64,000 nucleotides of DNA, from positions 1 through 64,000 of the IMG/VR virus record IMGVR_UViG_3300005077_000006; one strand, written 5' to 3'. The stretch's first letter is position 1. Each line of letters opens with the position of its first letter. The stretch is from a virus. A model generated the notes under the pieces. That model saw nothing but the letters and a program-made list of their open reading frames with translations, was not told where the DNA came from and ran no database searches. The translations under genes and the position numbers were made by a program. Shown piece by piece: positions 28,536 through 38,190 of this stretch.

Positions 28536-31500
28536 TGCCAGTCACCTACTCATTCATCACGACCCTCTCGCTGCCGCTGGATCCCGCATGGGACTGCCTG
28601 TACGTCACCGAAGGCAGCATGCCCAACATCCTCCTATTCCCGGAGGTGCATGCCAGCCGCGGCGCACCGTGGTTCTCCATCGACGGCAACAGCGATCTGG
28701 TCATCATCAGCGATGATGGTGTGGAGAGCACCCTCACCATCGACCTCCCCCTGTCGTCCACCTTCACCTTCGAGACCACCTTCAAGATGAGTGAGCTCCC
28801 ACCAGATCTCACCCAACTGGACAAGCACAAGTTCTTCGTGGGGGTCTACGACAAGCAGGACAACGCTGGTGGCGTGCTGCTGTCCCGCAGTGGGTTGGCC
28901 ATGGTGGCCGCCTTCGGCACCAGCGCCCTGGTCCTCCCCGGTAGTCAGAACTTGTTCGAGGAGGGCGACGACTACTACACCATGCGCTTCGTCGTGCGTG
29001 GGGACATCGACCGGTTCGATCTGTACCTCACGAAGACGGCAGATCTGCTGCTGACGGGGCATCAGCTCCGGTACACCTCTGCTGCACCCGTCAGCCCCAG
29101 CGGCTCTCTGGACGAGCTCCGCATCGAGATCTTGGGCCAAGCGTCTGACAACACGGTGGGCAAGTTCTCCAGGCTCTACTGCTCCTGCACCACTGCTCTC
29201 ATCCCCAACCAACGTCCCATCGCAGATCCCGGCGCCGACCAGGCTGCCAACATCGGCTCGGCCGTCACACACGACGGGAGGAACAGCTACGACCCCGAGG
29301 GTCTCCCTCTGACCTACGACTGGGCGCTGACCGATGCGCCCGATGGTTCGCGCTTCAAGCTGTCCGGCTCGGGTGGAAGCACCATAGATGATGGAGACGC
29401 AGACGGGTTCACCACCATCTTCGATGGCGGCACGGACGTCTTCAGCTCCGAGAACGCGCCACTCCTACAGCCGGGAGATCATCTCTTGGTTGGCGGGGTC
29501 CTCTACCAGGTGTCCACCGATAGGTGGGTTCTGAATCCCAGCACGGGCCGCTACACCCGGGACTACCCCGGTACCTGGAACAACGATGAGCTCGTCATCA
29601 CCGAGGACGTCCTTCCGGACAACCTGACTGGAGAGGCCTGGTCGGTGCTCCATTCGGACACCTACTTCAGCGATCGTCTTCAGCCGTACCCCTCTGGAAT
29701 CCCCGACATCGGTGGACTCTACGGAGTCCGGCTTGTGGTCAACGACGGCGAGCTCGACAGCTTGCCAGCCGAAGCGCTCCTCAACGTCACGCAGACCTCG
29801 GTGCCTCTGGGGTGCGTCCCGAGCGTGAGCTGGCTGTGGAACATCCTCTCGGACTTCTGGAACCTGGTGGAGGATCGAGAGAAGGTGCAGACCGCCTGGT
29901 CCGGCTTCGCCCAGGCCGCGGCCGCTCAGCTCTTGTCCGCCTGGCAGGTCGACTACAACAAGAGCCTGAAGGACATCCAGCGCGTTTTCCAGCGCCGCTG
30001 GTTGAGCTACGACACGATCCTCACCGAGCCAGACTCGGACACGGCCACGGTGAGGATCGTGCGTGGGCGCATCTTCACACAAGATCTGGCCGCCGGCGTC
30101 GTCTTCGTGTCCGGCACCAACGACCAGCTTCAGGTCGTCCTGGATGCGGGGAACGTGGAGACGGTCACGTTCCCGGTCGGGCTCTTGACGGCAGCTCAAA
30201 TCGCGGTACAGATCAACACCCAGTTGGGCTTCTCCGCGTCCCCCACACCACTGGCCTCCGTGGTCACCCGCGGGGCGGAGGAGTACGTCGCGCTGAACTA
30301 CTCCATGCTGCTGCGGATTCGTCCGAACGGCAGTGCCAACACGGACCTGGGGTTCTCCACCACGGACTACACCAGCAACGACCTCCAGGGAGGCGCCGGA
30401 GCAGCGGTGTCCGCCTCGAAGTTGCGCGCCTTCGAGGCAGCGAGTCCAGTGGCCGTGGACTTCGACTTCGAGGGCGTGGGCAGCTCCGATCTACTGGTGT
30501 TCAACGGGATCGGGTACAAGATCCAGAAGACGGCCCTGGACGCCCTGAGCGGACTGGAGAAGCGTGGGCTCTCCCTGTACCAGGACCTGCCGGACACCTC
30601 GAGCCATCCCTGGTTGATCCCTTCCGTGGTCCTGTCGAGTGAGCTGGACTTCGAATCCGAGCTCGTGCTTCCCGGAGACCTGGCCATCTTCGAAGTGAGG
30701 GACCTGGCTAGCCTCTCGGGAGATGCTACGACGGAAGTGCTCTGCGAGGTGGTGGGGGTGAGCGCGGGGCGCGTTGGCTTCAATCCCCAGCCACTCCTGG
30801 AGAAGTACAACGGCTACCCGAGCAACTTCCGCACGACCTTCGTGGGTGTGAAGCACACCCAGGCCATCCCGGTGGACGACTTGGTGGCGGAGATCCCCCG
30901 TTTGCAGGAGATCATCCGGAACCCGCAGGTCACTTTCGAGCAGAACGCCGACTACCTGATCGACAAGACGCTCGGCAAGAACGCCATCCAGTTCCGCGCC
31001 GGCACCTTCTCCTTGGGGGACCCTCCGCCGGACACGTTCTGGGCGGAGATCACCTACTTCGACAACCGACCCATCATCGAGGCCAACTTCGGCCGCATGG
31101 TCAACTTCAAGGTCGAAGATCTGGAGACCAGGACGGATGACCTGGACTACCTGTCCGCCGTGCGGGGCTTGTGGTGGTCCTACTTCGGCGGCCCGTCCTT
31201 GGACAAGGTCCGCACTGGCTCTCAGATCTTGTTGGGCCTCCCCTTCGCGGAGGAGAAAGGCGTCATCCAGTCCATCGAGGCCAACTTCAGCGCCACGGAG
31301 GGGAGGATCGTCATCCAGGACGTGGCGGATGCGACGATCACGAGGACGTACTTCTACCCCCTCACGGCTGGCCTGGCGGTTGATGCCCGCACCGGCCTCA
31401 CGATCGCGGAGGGAGACACCGTCGAGCAGTTCGCGCCCTTGAGTGGCGGCATCGAGGTGCGGGACTACATCCAGTCGGCAGCCTGGCTGGCGAAGTACGT

Positions 31501-32152
31501 CAGCATGGGCAAGTATGGGGAGCTGGACAAGTACTTCAAGTTCCTCGTGCGCGGTGACGTGGACACCTTCAACATCACGAACATGATCTTCGCGATCGAC
31601 TTCGTGAAGAAGATCAAGCCGCACTACACCTACCCCATCTTCGTGGTGCTGAAGCGGCTCGATCCTGTAGAAGTAGACGTCGACGACAGCGCGTTGATCA
31701 ACGCCAAGCTGAAGCTGTCCGACACTTTCTGCTCCGAGGAGCCGGGATCCTACCGCTTCGACGATACGAACGAGGGGCGGCCGGGACCTCCTGGCTCCCA
31801 CGCCACCGTCCAGCCGGGGGTGCAGGGCCTCCCGACCAACTGGATCCACCAGTACGATGCCGGTCCGGTCGGCCCCACGGCGTTCCTCTACGACCTGCAT
31901 AGGCTGTGTCCGGACATCACCCTCTGGGCTCACATCGCGTACATCCATCCTGGCGGCGCCGGTTGGTTCTACGATACGATCTGGGCTTACGACGATGGGG
32001 ATACAGACGGTGACACGATCTCAGACGACCGCCTACCTCTCAGTGGACCGGATTCGTCCCCACCTGCACCCTACGGTCCGCTGGTGGGTGTGATCACGTT
32101 CGACGCCGTGGTCACAGCGGGCACGTACCACCGCGAGAGAGACCTGACATGA
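28535..32152 (+). CDS. large baseplate wedge protein with PKD/REJ-like domain
   Basis: NQRPIADPGADQ..DGRNSYDPEGLPLTYDWAL..VRLVVNDG (PKD/REJ); C-terminal KKIKPHYTYP resembles baseplate gp7/gpI-type motifs. Confidence 0.7.
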   Translation: MPVTYSFITTLSLPLDPAWDCLYVTEGSMPNILLFPEVHASRGAPWFSIDGNSDLVIISDDGVESTLTIDLPLSSTFTFETTFKMSELPPDLTQLDKHKFFVGVYDKQDNAGGVLLSRSGLAMVAAFGTSALVLPGSQNLFEEGDDYYTMRFVVRGDIDRFDLYLTKTADLLLTGHQLRYTSAAPVSPSGSLDELRIEILGQASDNTVGKFSRLYCSCTTALIPNQRPIADPGADQAANIGSAVTHDGRNSYDPEGLPLTYDWALTDAPDGSRFKLSGSGGSTIDDGDADGFTTIFDGGTDVFSSENAPLLQPGDHLLVGGVLYQVSTDRWVLNPSTGRYTRDYPGTWNNDELVITEDVLPDNLTGEAWSVLHSDTYFSDRLQPYPSGIPDIGGLYGVRLVVNDGELDSLPAEALLNVTQTSVPLGCVPSVSWLWNILSDFWNLVEDREKVQTAWSGFAQAAAAQLLSAWQVDYNKSLKDIQRVFQRRWLSYDTILTEPDSDTATVRIVRGRIFTQDLAAGVVFVSGTNDQLQVVLDAGNVETVTFPVGLLTAAQIAVQINTQLGFSASPTPLASVVTRGAEEYVALNYSMLLRIRPNGSANTDLGFSTTDYTSNDLQGGAGAAVSASKLRAFEAASPVAVDFDFEGVGSSDLLVFNGIGYKIQKTALDALSGLEKRGLSLYQDLPDTSSHPWLIPSVVLSSELDFESELVLPGDLAIFEVRDLASLSGDATTEVLCEVVGVSAGRVGFNPQPLLEKYNGYPSNFRTTFVGVKHTQAIPVDDLVAEIPRLQEIIRNPQVTFEQNADYLIDKTLGKNAIQFRAGTFSLGDPPPDTFWAEITYFDNRPIIEANFGRMVNFKVEDLETRTDDLDYLSAVRGLWWSYFGGPSLDKVRTGSQILLGLPFAEEKGVIQSIEANFSATEGRIVIQDVADATITRTYFYPLTAGLAVDARTGLTIAEGDTVEQFAPLSGGIEVRDYIQSAAWLAKYVSMGKYGELDKYFKFLVRGDVDTFNITNMIFAIDFVKKIKPHYTYPIFVVLKRLDPVEVDVDDSALINAKLKLSDTFCSEEPGSYRFDDTNEGRPGPPGSHATVQPGVQGLPTNWIHQYDAGPVGPTAFLYDLHRLCPDITLWAHIAYIHPGGAGWFYDTIWAYDDGDTDGDTISDDRLPLSGPDSSPPAPYGPLVGVITFDAVVTAGTYHRERDLT

Positions 32153-32155
32153 GGC

Positions 32156-32184
32156 TTTGCGTTCTGCGGGTTACGGCCTAGAAT
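32156..32184 (+). promoter_or_regulatory. putative promoter TTTGCG-N17-TAGAAT
   Basis: Intergenic; TAGAATCGGG identical to the promoter at 19108. Confidence 0.5.
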
Positions 32185-32200
32185 CGGGCAAGGAGAGAGC

Positions 32201-32881
32201 ATGCGATTCAAGGAAGCGATCGAAGTCCCGAGCAACGTCAGGATCATCGCCCGTGAGCGCGGGAAGAGGGTCCCGGCGCTGTGCCGTGAGAGCCACAACG
32301 TCTGGGTCAACATCGGTCGCGAGTACCTGGCCAAGGTGATCTCTCCGCTGGTGGGGTTCACGGGGCACGTGAATGACTCCGTGGTGCGCTACATGGGCCT
32401 GGGCATCGGTGGGGATCAACAACTCATCGACATCGCCGGCACCTTCCCCACGCTGGATGACCACTACCCAGGGCAGAACGTGCAGGACGACACGGTCCTC
32501 ACCACCTCCTACCTGGAACGTCCGGTGAAGGTCACTGGCACGGCAGGCAAGGTCGGGACGTCCGGCGTGTGGCTGAACCAGGTCGCCGCCCCACCAACCT
32601 TCTCCGGCTCGCCGATCTCCACGGTCGACTTCGAGACGCTGTTCGACTACACCGACATCAACCTCGCCGGCGCCTATCCCTCCGTGCCCCTCTCGGAGGC
32701 GTCCCTGGTGCTCTCGAGCGAGGTGGCCTCTCGGCTGTGGGAAGAGGTCTACGACACGGGCAACCCCCCGTCCTATGCCAACGTCTCGACCCGGCAGAAG
32801 CTGGTGGCGTACAATACGTTCGACACGCTGTCCAAGACGGTAGCAGTTTCCCTGGAGCTCCACTGGGAGATCCAGTTCTAG
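32201..32881 (+). CDS. baseplate/tail-fibre attachment protein
   Basis: HNVWVNIGREYLA, YMGLGIGG, LSEASL, KTVAVSLELHWEIQF. Confidence 0.65.
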   Translation: MRFKEAIEVPSNVRIIARERGKRVPALCRESHNVWVNIGREYLAKVISPLVGFTGHVNDSVVRYMGLGIGGDQQLIDIAGTFPTLDDHYPGQNVQDDTVLTTSYLERPVKVTGTAGKVGTSGVWLNQVAAPPTFSGSPISTVDFETLFDYTDINLAGAYPSVPLSEASLVLSSEVASRLWEEVYDTGNPPSYANVSTRQKLVAYNTFDTLSKTVAVSLELHWEIQF

Positions 32882-32893
32882 CGGAGGATCTCG

Positions 32894-35800
32894 ATGTCCC
32901 TACCGAACCCACACGGAAACGCCTCGGGCCAGATCGCCCACAACTCGATCTACGACACCGGCGCGACCCCGGGCTCGACCGGCGGCAAGTTCATCGGGTT
33001 CGGTGAGGAGGGTACCTCCTACATCACGAACCGGGCCAACTGGGCGTTGTCGGAGAACATCGACTACGTCTACCAGATCATGGCCGCCGACAGGGCGATC
33101 CCCGCGGGTGCATCCTTCACCTCCGCCGGGCAGAACACGTACCAGATCACGGACGACGTGTGGGTCGGCGATTCGGGCTATCCGGTGAGTGAGGCCGAGG
33201 GCCTCCTCATGCTCTTCGCGGTCGTGGACGACCAGTACAACGAGCTGACCGATGGCAGCGGCAACGAGGTGCGCGTCGCCATCGTGCGGAACTCGGCCAA
33301 CGTCACCAACGTCTACAAGAACGACACGGCGCCGGTGGATGGCTTCGAGACCAACCCGGTGATCACGTTCAAGACGGTGGACTCCTCCGGGGTGGACGTC
33401 CAGAACCCCTACACCATCCCGGCAGCTCAGCCCGTGCGCATCCTCTACGGGTCCAAGAGCAGCTTCGAGAGCCTCCCTACGGACGCCCTGGTGAAGTTCA
33501 AGCTCCAGTCGGCCACCGAGGTCGAGGCGGGTGCCTTCCTTCAGGACGGCACCAAGAAGATGACGGGGAACGGCGACTGGGACGGGAACAGCTTGCTGAA
33601 CCCGGATCAGATCGTAGGGGAGGCAGGGGCAGACCTGCTGGTGCGCTCCCAGCAGGATCTCAACCTTCAAGGCGATCTCGGTTGCTTCCTGAAGGATCAG
33701 TTCCTCGCCACGAAGATCCCGGTGTCGCAGTCTGGGGAGACGGGGATCAACGGCTACTACACCAGCCTCGTGGGTTCCCTGAACAGCAAGAGCAACGTGG
33801 CCGCGGCCTTCCACGGCAACAAGCTTCTGAGCCGCTCGGGGTCTCTGGTGTTCACCGACCTCACCGGCAACGTGGCCTGGCCCACGCTCACCGCCGTGAT
33901 CGATGGTGAACGGAGGCTCATCTCGGCTGGCTCCCTCACCGCGACAAGTGGTTCCCTCTTCATCGCGGTCCTGACGGCGGCCGGTTCCGTGGTGGAAAGG
34001 ACGCCGTGGTCTGTCGTGGCCACGGACGTTCCTCTCGCAGCCTACGTCTGGAGTGGGGCAGCGTTCACCAAGAAGGTGGACATCCGCTGGGCCTACAACG
34101 GGAACACCAGGAACGTCGAGATCACCTGTGGTGACGCCGCTGATAGCGTGGACTTCTCGGACACGGAGCTCGACAAGGCCGTCGAGTTGGCCTGCGCCCT
34201 GTCGGCTATGACCGAGGGGGCGGTGCCCACGATCCGCATCATCGGCAGAGTCAGCGGGCCTGCCGTCGCTACGCCTACGATCACGCTGACGGCCCCCATC
34301 TCGATTGTGGGCAACGGGCGGGAACACTCGTTCATCAAGAGCGACGAGGTCAATGGCGATACGGTCAACTTCATCGACTGCGCAGGACACCGCCTGGTCA
34401 TGAAGGACCTGACCGTGGTGCATTCCGGCGACCAGCAAGCGGGGACCCTGGGAGCGATCGTGAATGCCGGCAGTTGGAGCGTGTTCTCCAACGTCAAGTT
34501 CATGCGGGACGCCAGCACGTACGACGCGGTTTTCGGGAATGCCTTGCTGTGGACCTCAGCCGCCGACCACGTGGTGGTGGAGAACTGCCACAATGACGAC
34601 GCCGCCGGCAATGCCTTCGTCATGGGGTCGAATGCTGCTTTCACCACGGCCTACCTCACGGATAGCGTCGTTCGGGATTGCTACCTTGAGTATGGCTCTA
34701 TCGGCGGCGACTACGGAGTGGTGGCCAACGGCGACGGCAACGTGATCTCGAATGTCCGGATCGGAACCGGACTGAGCACCTACGGCTTCGTGGGCGGGAA
34801 CGACACGCTCATCGATCACTGCCGGGTTCGGATGACGGGGGCTGCTTCCAGCGCGGCCTGTGTCTTCTACAAGCCGATCTCCAGTGCCTCTCACCACAAC
34901 GGCCTCGTAGTGCGCGATTCGTCTCTCCTGCGCTGTGCAGGGAAGGGCATCCTGGCGGACGCGATCAACGATGTGGGGATGCGCGGTCGCGTGGAGGTAC
35001 GCGGTTGTCGCCTCAACCAGGTGGCCAAGCCGTTCGACTTCTCCGCTCTGGTGGCCGTGCATGCCAGCACTACGATCTTGATCGATGGCAACGAGGTCTA
35101 CAGCAGCGACGAGTTCATCGCTTCCTTCGAGAACGTCTGGCACTGCCAGTTCAGCGGCAACACCTGCAACGACGTGAACGGGGACGGTGTGTGGGTGGGT
35201 GGAAACGCTGGGTGCAAGATCTTGCACAACTTCTTCGAGGGGTACGGAAGCGTCGGAACGTGGCAGAACATCATCGGGGTCTCGGTGGGCGGCCCATGGG
35301 TGGAGATCCGGGACAACTTCTTCGGGAGTACCGGAGCGCCGGCGGCCACGATTCAGGTGGACGTGTGGAGGAGGTGCGGCATCTCGGGCAACACGTTCGC
35401 GGGCTCGGCGAATGCCGCCATCGGTCTCCAGCTCAATAGCTGGTTCTGGCTCTTGGTCGATCTGCCGGCGGCTTTGAACTGCGTGGTGTCCGGCAACCTC
35501 TTCTCCGCTCATGGTGAAGCGGCCATCAAGGTGACACGCGGCACTGCGGCGGCCCAGTACTTCAACGGATCGACCATCGCGGGGAACCACTTCTCCGGCA
35601 TCCCGGACACGGGATGGGGCGTGCTCGTGGTCGAATCGGACGCCACTTCGATCTGCAACAACGACTTCGCTTACAGCGATGGATGCGCCATCCGCATCTA
35701 CGGAGCCTCGGGGGCGAAGAGGAACCACATCACGGGGAACCACTTCTCCAACGTCCTCGGCAAGACGAGCAACGCCCCGTATGGCAACGCTGTTGTCGCC

Positions 35801-36505
35801 GTGCTCAGCGCTGGTGGTGCGCACAGCACCGTGATCAGCGACAACAACTTCCTGGACTGCGGCTCGAGCACGCCGATCGCTTCGTACGTCCAGAGCATCA
35901 TCCTGGTGGACGGTGGCGACTACACCCAGGTGTGCAACAACCGGATCACGGGTCTGACCGGAGGCAGCTCGGCTGCGGACCAGGGCGATGAGTCGCACGG
36001 CATCTACCTCGGTCCTGGTTACTGCGACCGCAGCATGGTCAATGGCAACTGCATCGTCAACGACGTGAGCGTCACGGGAAAAGTGGCGGACCGATTCTAT
36101 GGGATCCGCCTCGAGGGGGAGGGGATCTCTGCCACGTCGAATCGGATCGTCTTCGTCGGGGTCCAGAGCGACGCCAACAAGTCCGACGTCCTCTACGGGA
36201 TCTTGGTTGGCACGAGCCACACGAACATCGCCCTGTACACGAACTACGTCGACACGAACTGCACCATCGCGGGGATCACGATCCAGCGTACCTACCTCAT
36301 GCAGAACGATTTCTCCACGGCCGTGGGGAACTTCGGTGATGGTGGGGACATGGACTTCACGGGAAGCAACAAGCTCCTGATCGGCAACATGCACATGACC
36401 GTTGGGTCGTTCCTCTACACCATGAATGCCACGAATAGCCCAGATCCCATGACCACGTACTCGGCAAGTGCGTTGGTCCCGATGAACAATACCAACGTGC
36501 TTTAG
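32894..36505 (+). CDS. tail fibre/tailspike with right-handed parallel beta-helix (putative polysaccharide depolymerase)
   Basis: Many (I/V)xxN(x)F repeats (ISGNTF, VSGNLF, IAGNHF, ICNNDF, ITGNHF, ISDNNF) in the C-terminal 700 aa. Confidence 0.8.
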   Translation: MSLPNPHGNASGQIAHNSIYDTGATPGSTGGKFIGFGEEGTSYITNRANWALSENIDYVYQIMAADRAIPAGASFTSAGQNTYQITDDVWVGDSGYPVSEAEGLLMLFAVVDDQYNELTDGSGNEVRVAIVRNSANVTNVYKNDTAPVDGFETNPVITFKTVDSSGVDVQNPYTIPAAQPVRILYGSKSSFESLPTDALVKFKLQSATEVEAGAFLQDGTKKMTGNGDWDGNSLLNPDQIVGEAGADLLVRSQQDLNLQGDLGCFLKDQFLATKIPVSQSGETGINGYYTSLVGSLNSKSNVAAAFHGNKLLSRSGSLVFTDLTGNVAWPTLTAVIDGERRLISAGSLTATSGSLFIAVLTAAGSVVERTPWSVVATDVPLAAYVWSGAAFTKKVDIRWAYNGNTRNVEITCGDAADSVDFSDTELDKAVELACALSAMTEGAVPTIRIIGRVSGPAVATPTITLTAPISIVGNGREHSFIKSDEVNGDTVNFIDCAGHRLVMKDLTVVHSGDQQAGTLGAIVNAGSWSVFSNVKFMRDASTYDAVFGNALLWTSAADHVVVENCHNDDAAGNAFVMGSNAAFTTAYLTDSVVRDCYLEYGSIGGDYGVVANGDGNVISNVRIGTGLSTYGFVGGNDTLIDHCRVRMTGAASSAACVFYKPISSASHHNGLVVRDSSLLRCAGKGILADAINDVGMRGRVEVRGCRLNQVAKPFDFSALVAVHASTTILIDGNEVYSSDEFIASFENVWHCQFSGNTCNDVNGDGVWVGGNAGCKILHNFFEGYGSVGTWQNIIGVSVGGPWVEIRDNFFGSTGAPAATIQVDVWRRCGISGNTFAGSANAAIGLQLNSWFWLLVDLPAALNCVVSGNLFSAHGEAAIKVTRGTAAAQYFNGSTIAGNHFSGIPDTGWGVLVVESDATSICNNDFAYSDGCAIRIYGASGAKRNHITGNHFSNVLGKTSNAPYGNAVVAVLSAGGAHSTVISDNNFLDCGSSTPIASYVQSIILVDGGDYTQVCNNRITGLTGGSSAADQGDESHGIYLGPGYCDRSMVNGNCIVNDVSVTGKVADRFYGIRLEGEGISATSNRIVFVGVQSDANKSDVLYGILVGTSHTNIALYTNYVDTNCTIAGITIQRTYLMQNDFSTAVGNFGDGGDMDFTGSNKLLIGNMHMTVGSFLYTMNATNSPDPMTTYSASALVPMNNTNVL

Positions 36506-36514
36506 GAGAGCAGC

Positions 36515-36874
36515 ATGGACAAGATCACCACTGTCATGGCGAGCTGGGAAGCCTTCATCCTGGCTTTCGCCGCCTTCGCTGTCATCGGCGTGCTTCGTCA
36601 AGTCGGGACGCGCAAGGATGATGCAGGCAAGGTGGTCGGCGGTTGGGCGCAGAGCCGCCCCTTCACGATGCTGCTCCCCGTCTACCCCTACGTGCTGACG
36701 CTGGGTGCGGTCTTCATCCCGGGGGTCCCTCTGCCGGCCGCGGTGGGCACGACCATCGGGGCCAAGGTCCTGTTCGCTCTCTGGTGCGGGTGGCTCTCGG
36801 ACAAGGCGTTCGAGATCGTGAAGCGCGTGCTGGAGAAGGGCTTCAACATGCAGTTCGGCGCGGACAAGAAGTGA
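36515..36874 (+). CDS. holin-like membrane protein (about 3 TM segments)
   Basis: Three hydrophobic helices, basic C-terminus, follows the tail-fibre gene. Confidence 0.6.
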   Translation: MDKITTVMASWEAFILAFAAFAVIGVLRQVGTRKDDAGKVVGGWAQSRPFTMLLPVYPYVLTLGAVFIPGVPLPAAVGTTIGAKVLFALWCGWLSDKAFEIVKRVLEKGFNMQFGADKK

Positions 36875-37197
36875 TGACCAAGATCTGGGAGTGGCTGAAG
36901 AAGAACTGGAAGTGGCTCATTCTGCCACTCTGGGTGCTCTCCATGGTCGTCGTGTGGCTGCTCAGCGGTGGTCGCACCAAGCTCTTCCCGCCTTCCGGGA
37001 CCACGGACCAGGCGGCAGACGCCGCCACCAAGGCCAAGGACGAGGCCATCGAGGCGTTCCGGCAGAGGCTGGACGCCCTGTACAAGCAAGCGGAGGAACG
37101 CCTGAAGACCGCCTCTGAGGCACAGGTCAAGGAGTTCACCGAGATCAAAGAGAAGCCCCTTGAGGAGGTCGCGAAATGGATCGACTCGCTGTCCTAG
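36874..37197 (+). CDS. N-terminal TM + coiled-coil protein (i-spanin-like)
   Basis: MTKIWEWLKKNWKWLILPLWVLSMVVVWLL then helical periplasmic-type region; TGATG coupling. Confidence 0.55.
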   Translation: MTKIWEWLKKNWKWLILPLWVLSMVVVWLLSGGRTKLFPPSGTTDQAADAATKAKDEAIEAFRQRLDALYKQAEERLKTASEAQVKEFTEIKEKPLEEVAKWIDSLS

Positions 37198-37976
37198 ATC
37201 ACTTTGCCAAGCTGGGCGCGGCGATGAGTCAGGGGAAGAGGGAGTCTCTCCCGACCAAGTCCTTCGCCATCCCGGAGAGCAAGGCCAAGAAGATCGGCGT
37301 GTCCGGGGAGATCAAGGGTGAGGCCAAGGGGAAGTATCCCATCCCGGACGAGCGTCACGCCCGCAACGCCTTGGCGCGGGTGTCTCAGCACGGGACGCCG
37401 GCGGAGCGCCAGGCCGTGAGGAGCAAGGTCTACTCCAAGTTCCCCGGCTTGAAGGAGGGGTTCGAGTCGCGTCACGGTGAGAGCCCCACCTCCAAGGGCA
37501 ACATCAAGAAGGTGGAGCAGGGTGGCATCGGCAAGACGGCGGAGGATGTGCTCTACGCCGCGCTCTTCTCCGAGCTCGAGAAGATCGGAGGGTACCCGCC
37601 CCCGTTTCTGCTCGAGCTGCTGAAGGAGGCCGGGCTCTTCAGCCGGATGGGTCTGGCGACCAAGAAGGGCGTGGAGGCGGCCGGTAGCAAGGCACGTGAC
37701 CTGTACAACGCCGCCCAGGTCGGCACAGGCAACCTGATGACGGGTGAGTTCGGTCATGCCGGCGAGCATGCTGCCCAGAAGTTGATGACCACGGCTTCCC
37801 CGACCAAGGCGCTGATGGTGATGGCGGCAGATCCCCACGCGCAGAAGGCGGTCATCCGGAAGGCGAAGAACGTGGGTCGGCGCATTCAGACGGGCGCGCA
37901 GAATCTGGCGGAGCAGACCCGCGCGGCACTGACAGGCACGAGCGGCCCGCCGATGGTGCCGTCCTTCGCGGGGTAG
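37176..37976 (+). CDS. K-x-A-delimited protein with DUF6582-like domain
   Basis: RESLPTKSFAIP..GKYPIPDERHARNALARV; boundaries AKLGA, GKTAE, LFSELEKIG, LKEAG; GAGGAGG RBS. Confidence 0.7.
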   Translation: MDRLAVLDHFAKLGAAMSQGKRESLPTKSFAIPESKAKKIGVSGEIKGEAKGKYPIPDERHARNALARVSQHGTPAERQAVRSKVYSKFPGLKEGFESRHGESPTSKGNIKKVEQGGIGKTAEDVLYAALFSELEKIGGYPPPFLLELLKEAGLFSRMGLATKKGVEAAGSKARDLYNAAQVGTGNLMTGEFGHAGEHAAQKLMTTASPTKALMVMAADPHAQKAVIRKAKNVGRRIQTGAQNLAEQTRAALTGTSGPPMVPSFAG

Positions 37977-37980
37977 CAAG

Positions 37981-38190
37981 ATGCGTCGGTTTCACCTCCA
38001 CCGGCTAGAGGACGACTCTGGCAAGAGCGGCAAGGGCATCGTCGCTGAAGGGATCGTCTTCACCGATGGAACGGTGGTGCTGCGCTGGATGTCCACCACG
38101 CCCACCACTACGATCTTCAAGAGCCAGGCTGACCTCGAGAAGATCCACGGCCACGACGGCAAGACCCAGATCATCTGGAAGGACGAGTAA
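37981..38190 (+). CDS. small conserved phage protein
   Basis: RRFHLHR.ED.SG.SG.G.VAEG..F.DGTVVLRW..HGHDG.T..W pattern that I recall from other phages. Confidence 0.75.
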   Translation: MRRFHLHRLEDDSGKSGKGIVAEGIVFTDGTVVLRWMSTTPTTTIFKSQADLEKIHGHDGKTQIIWKDE

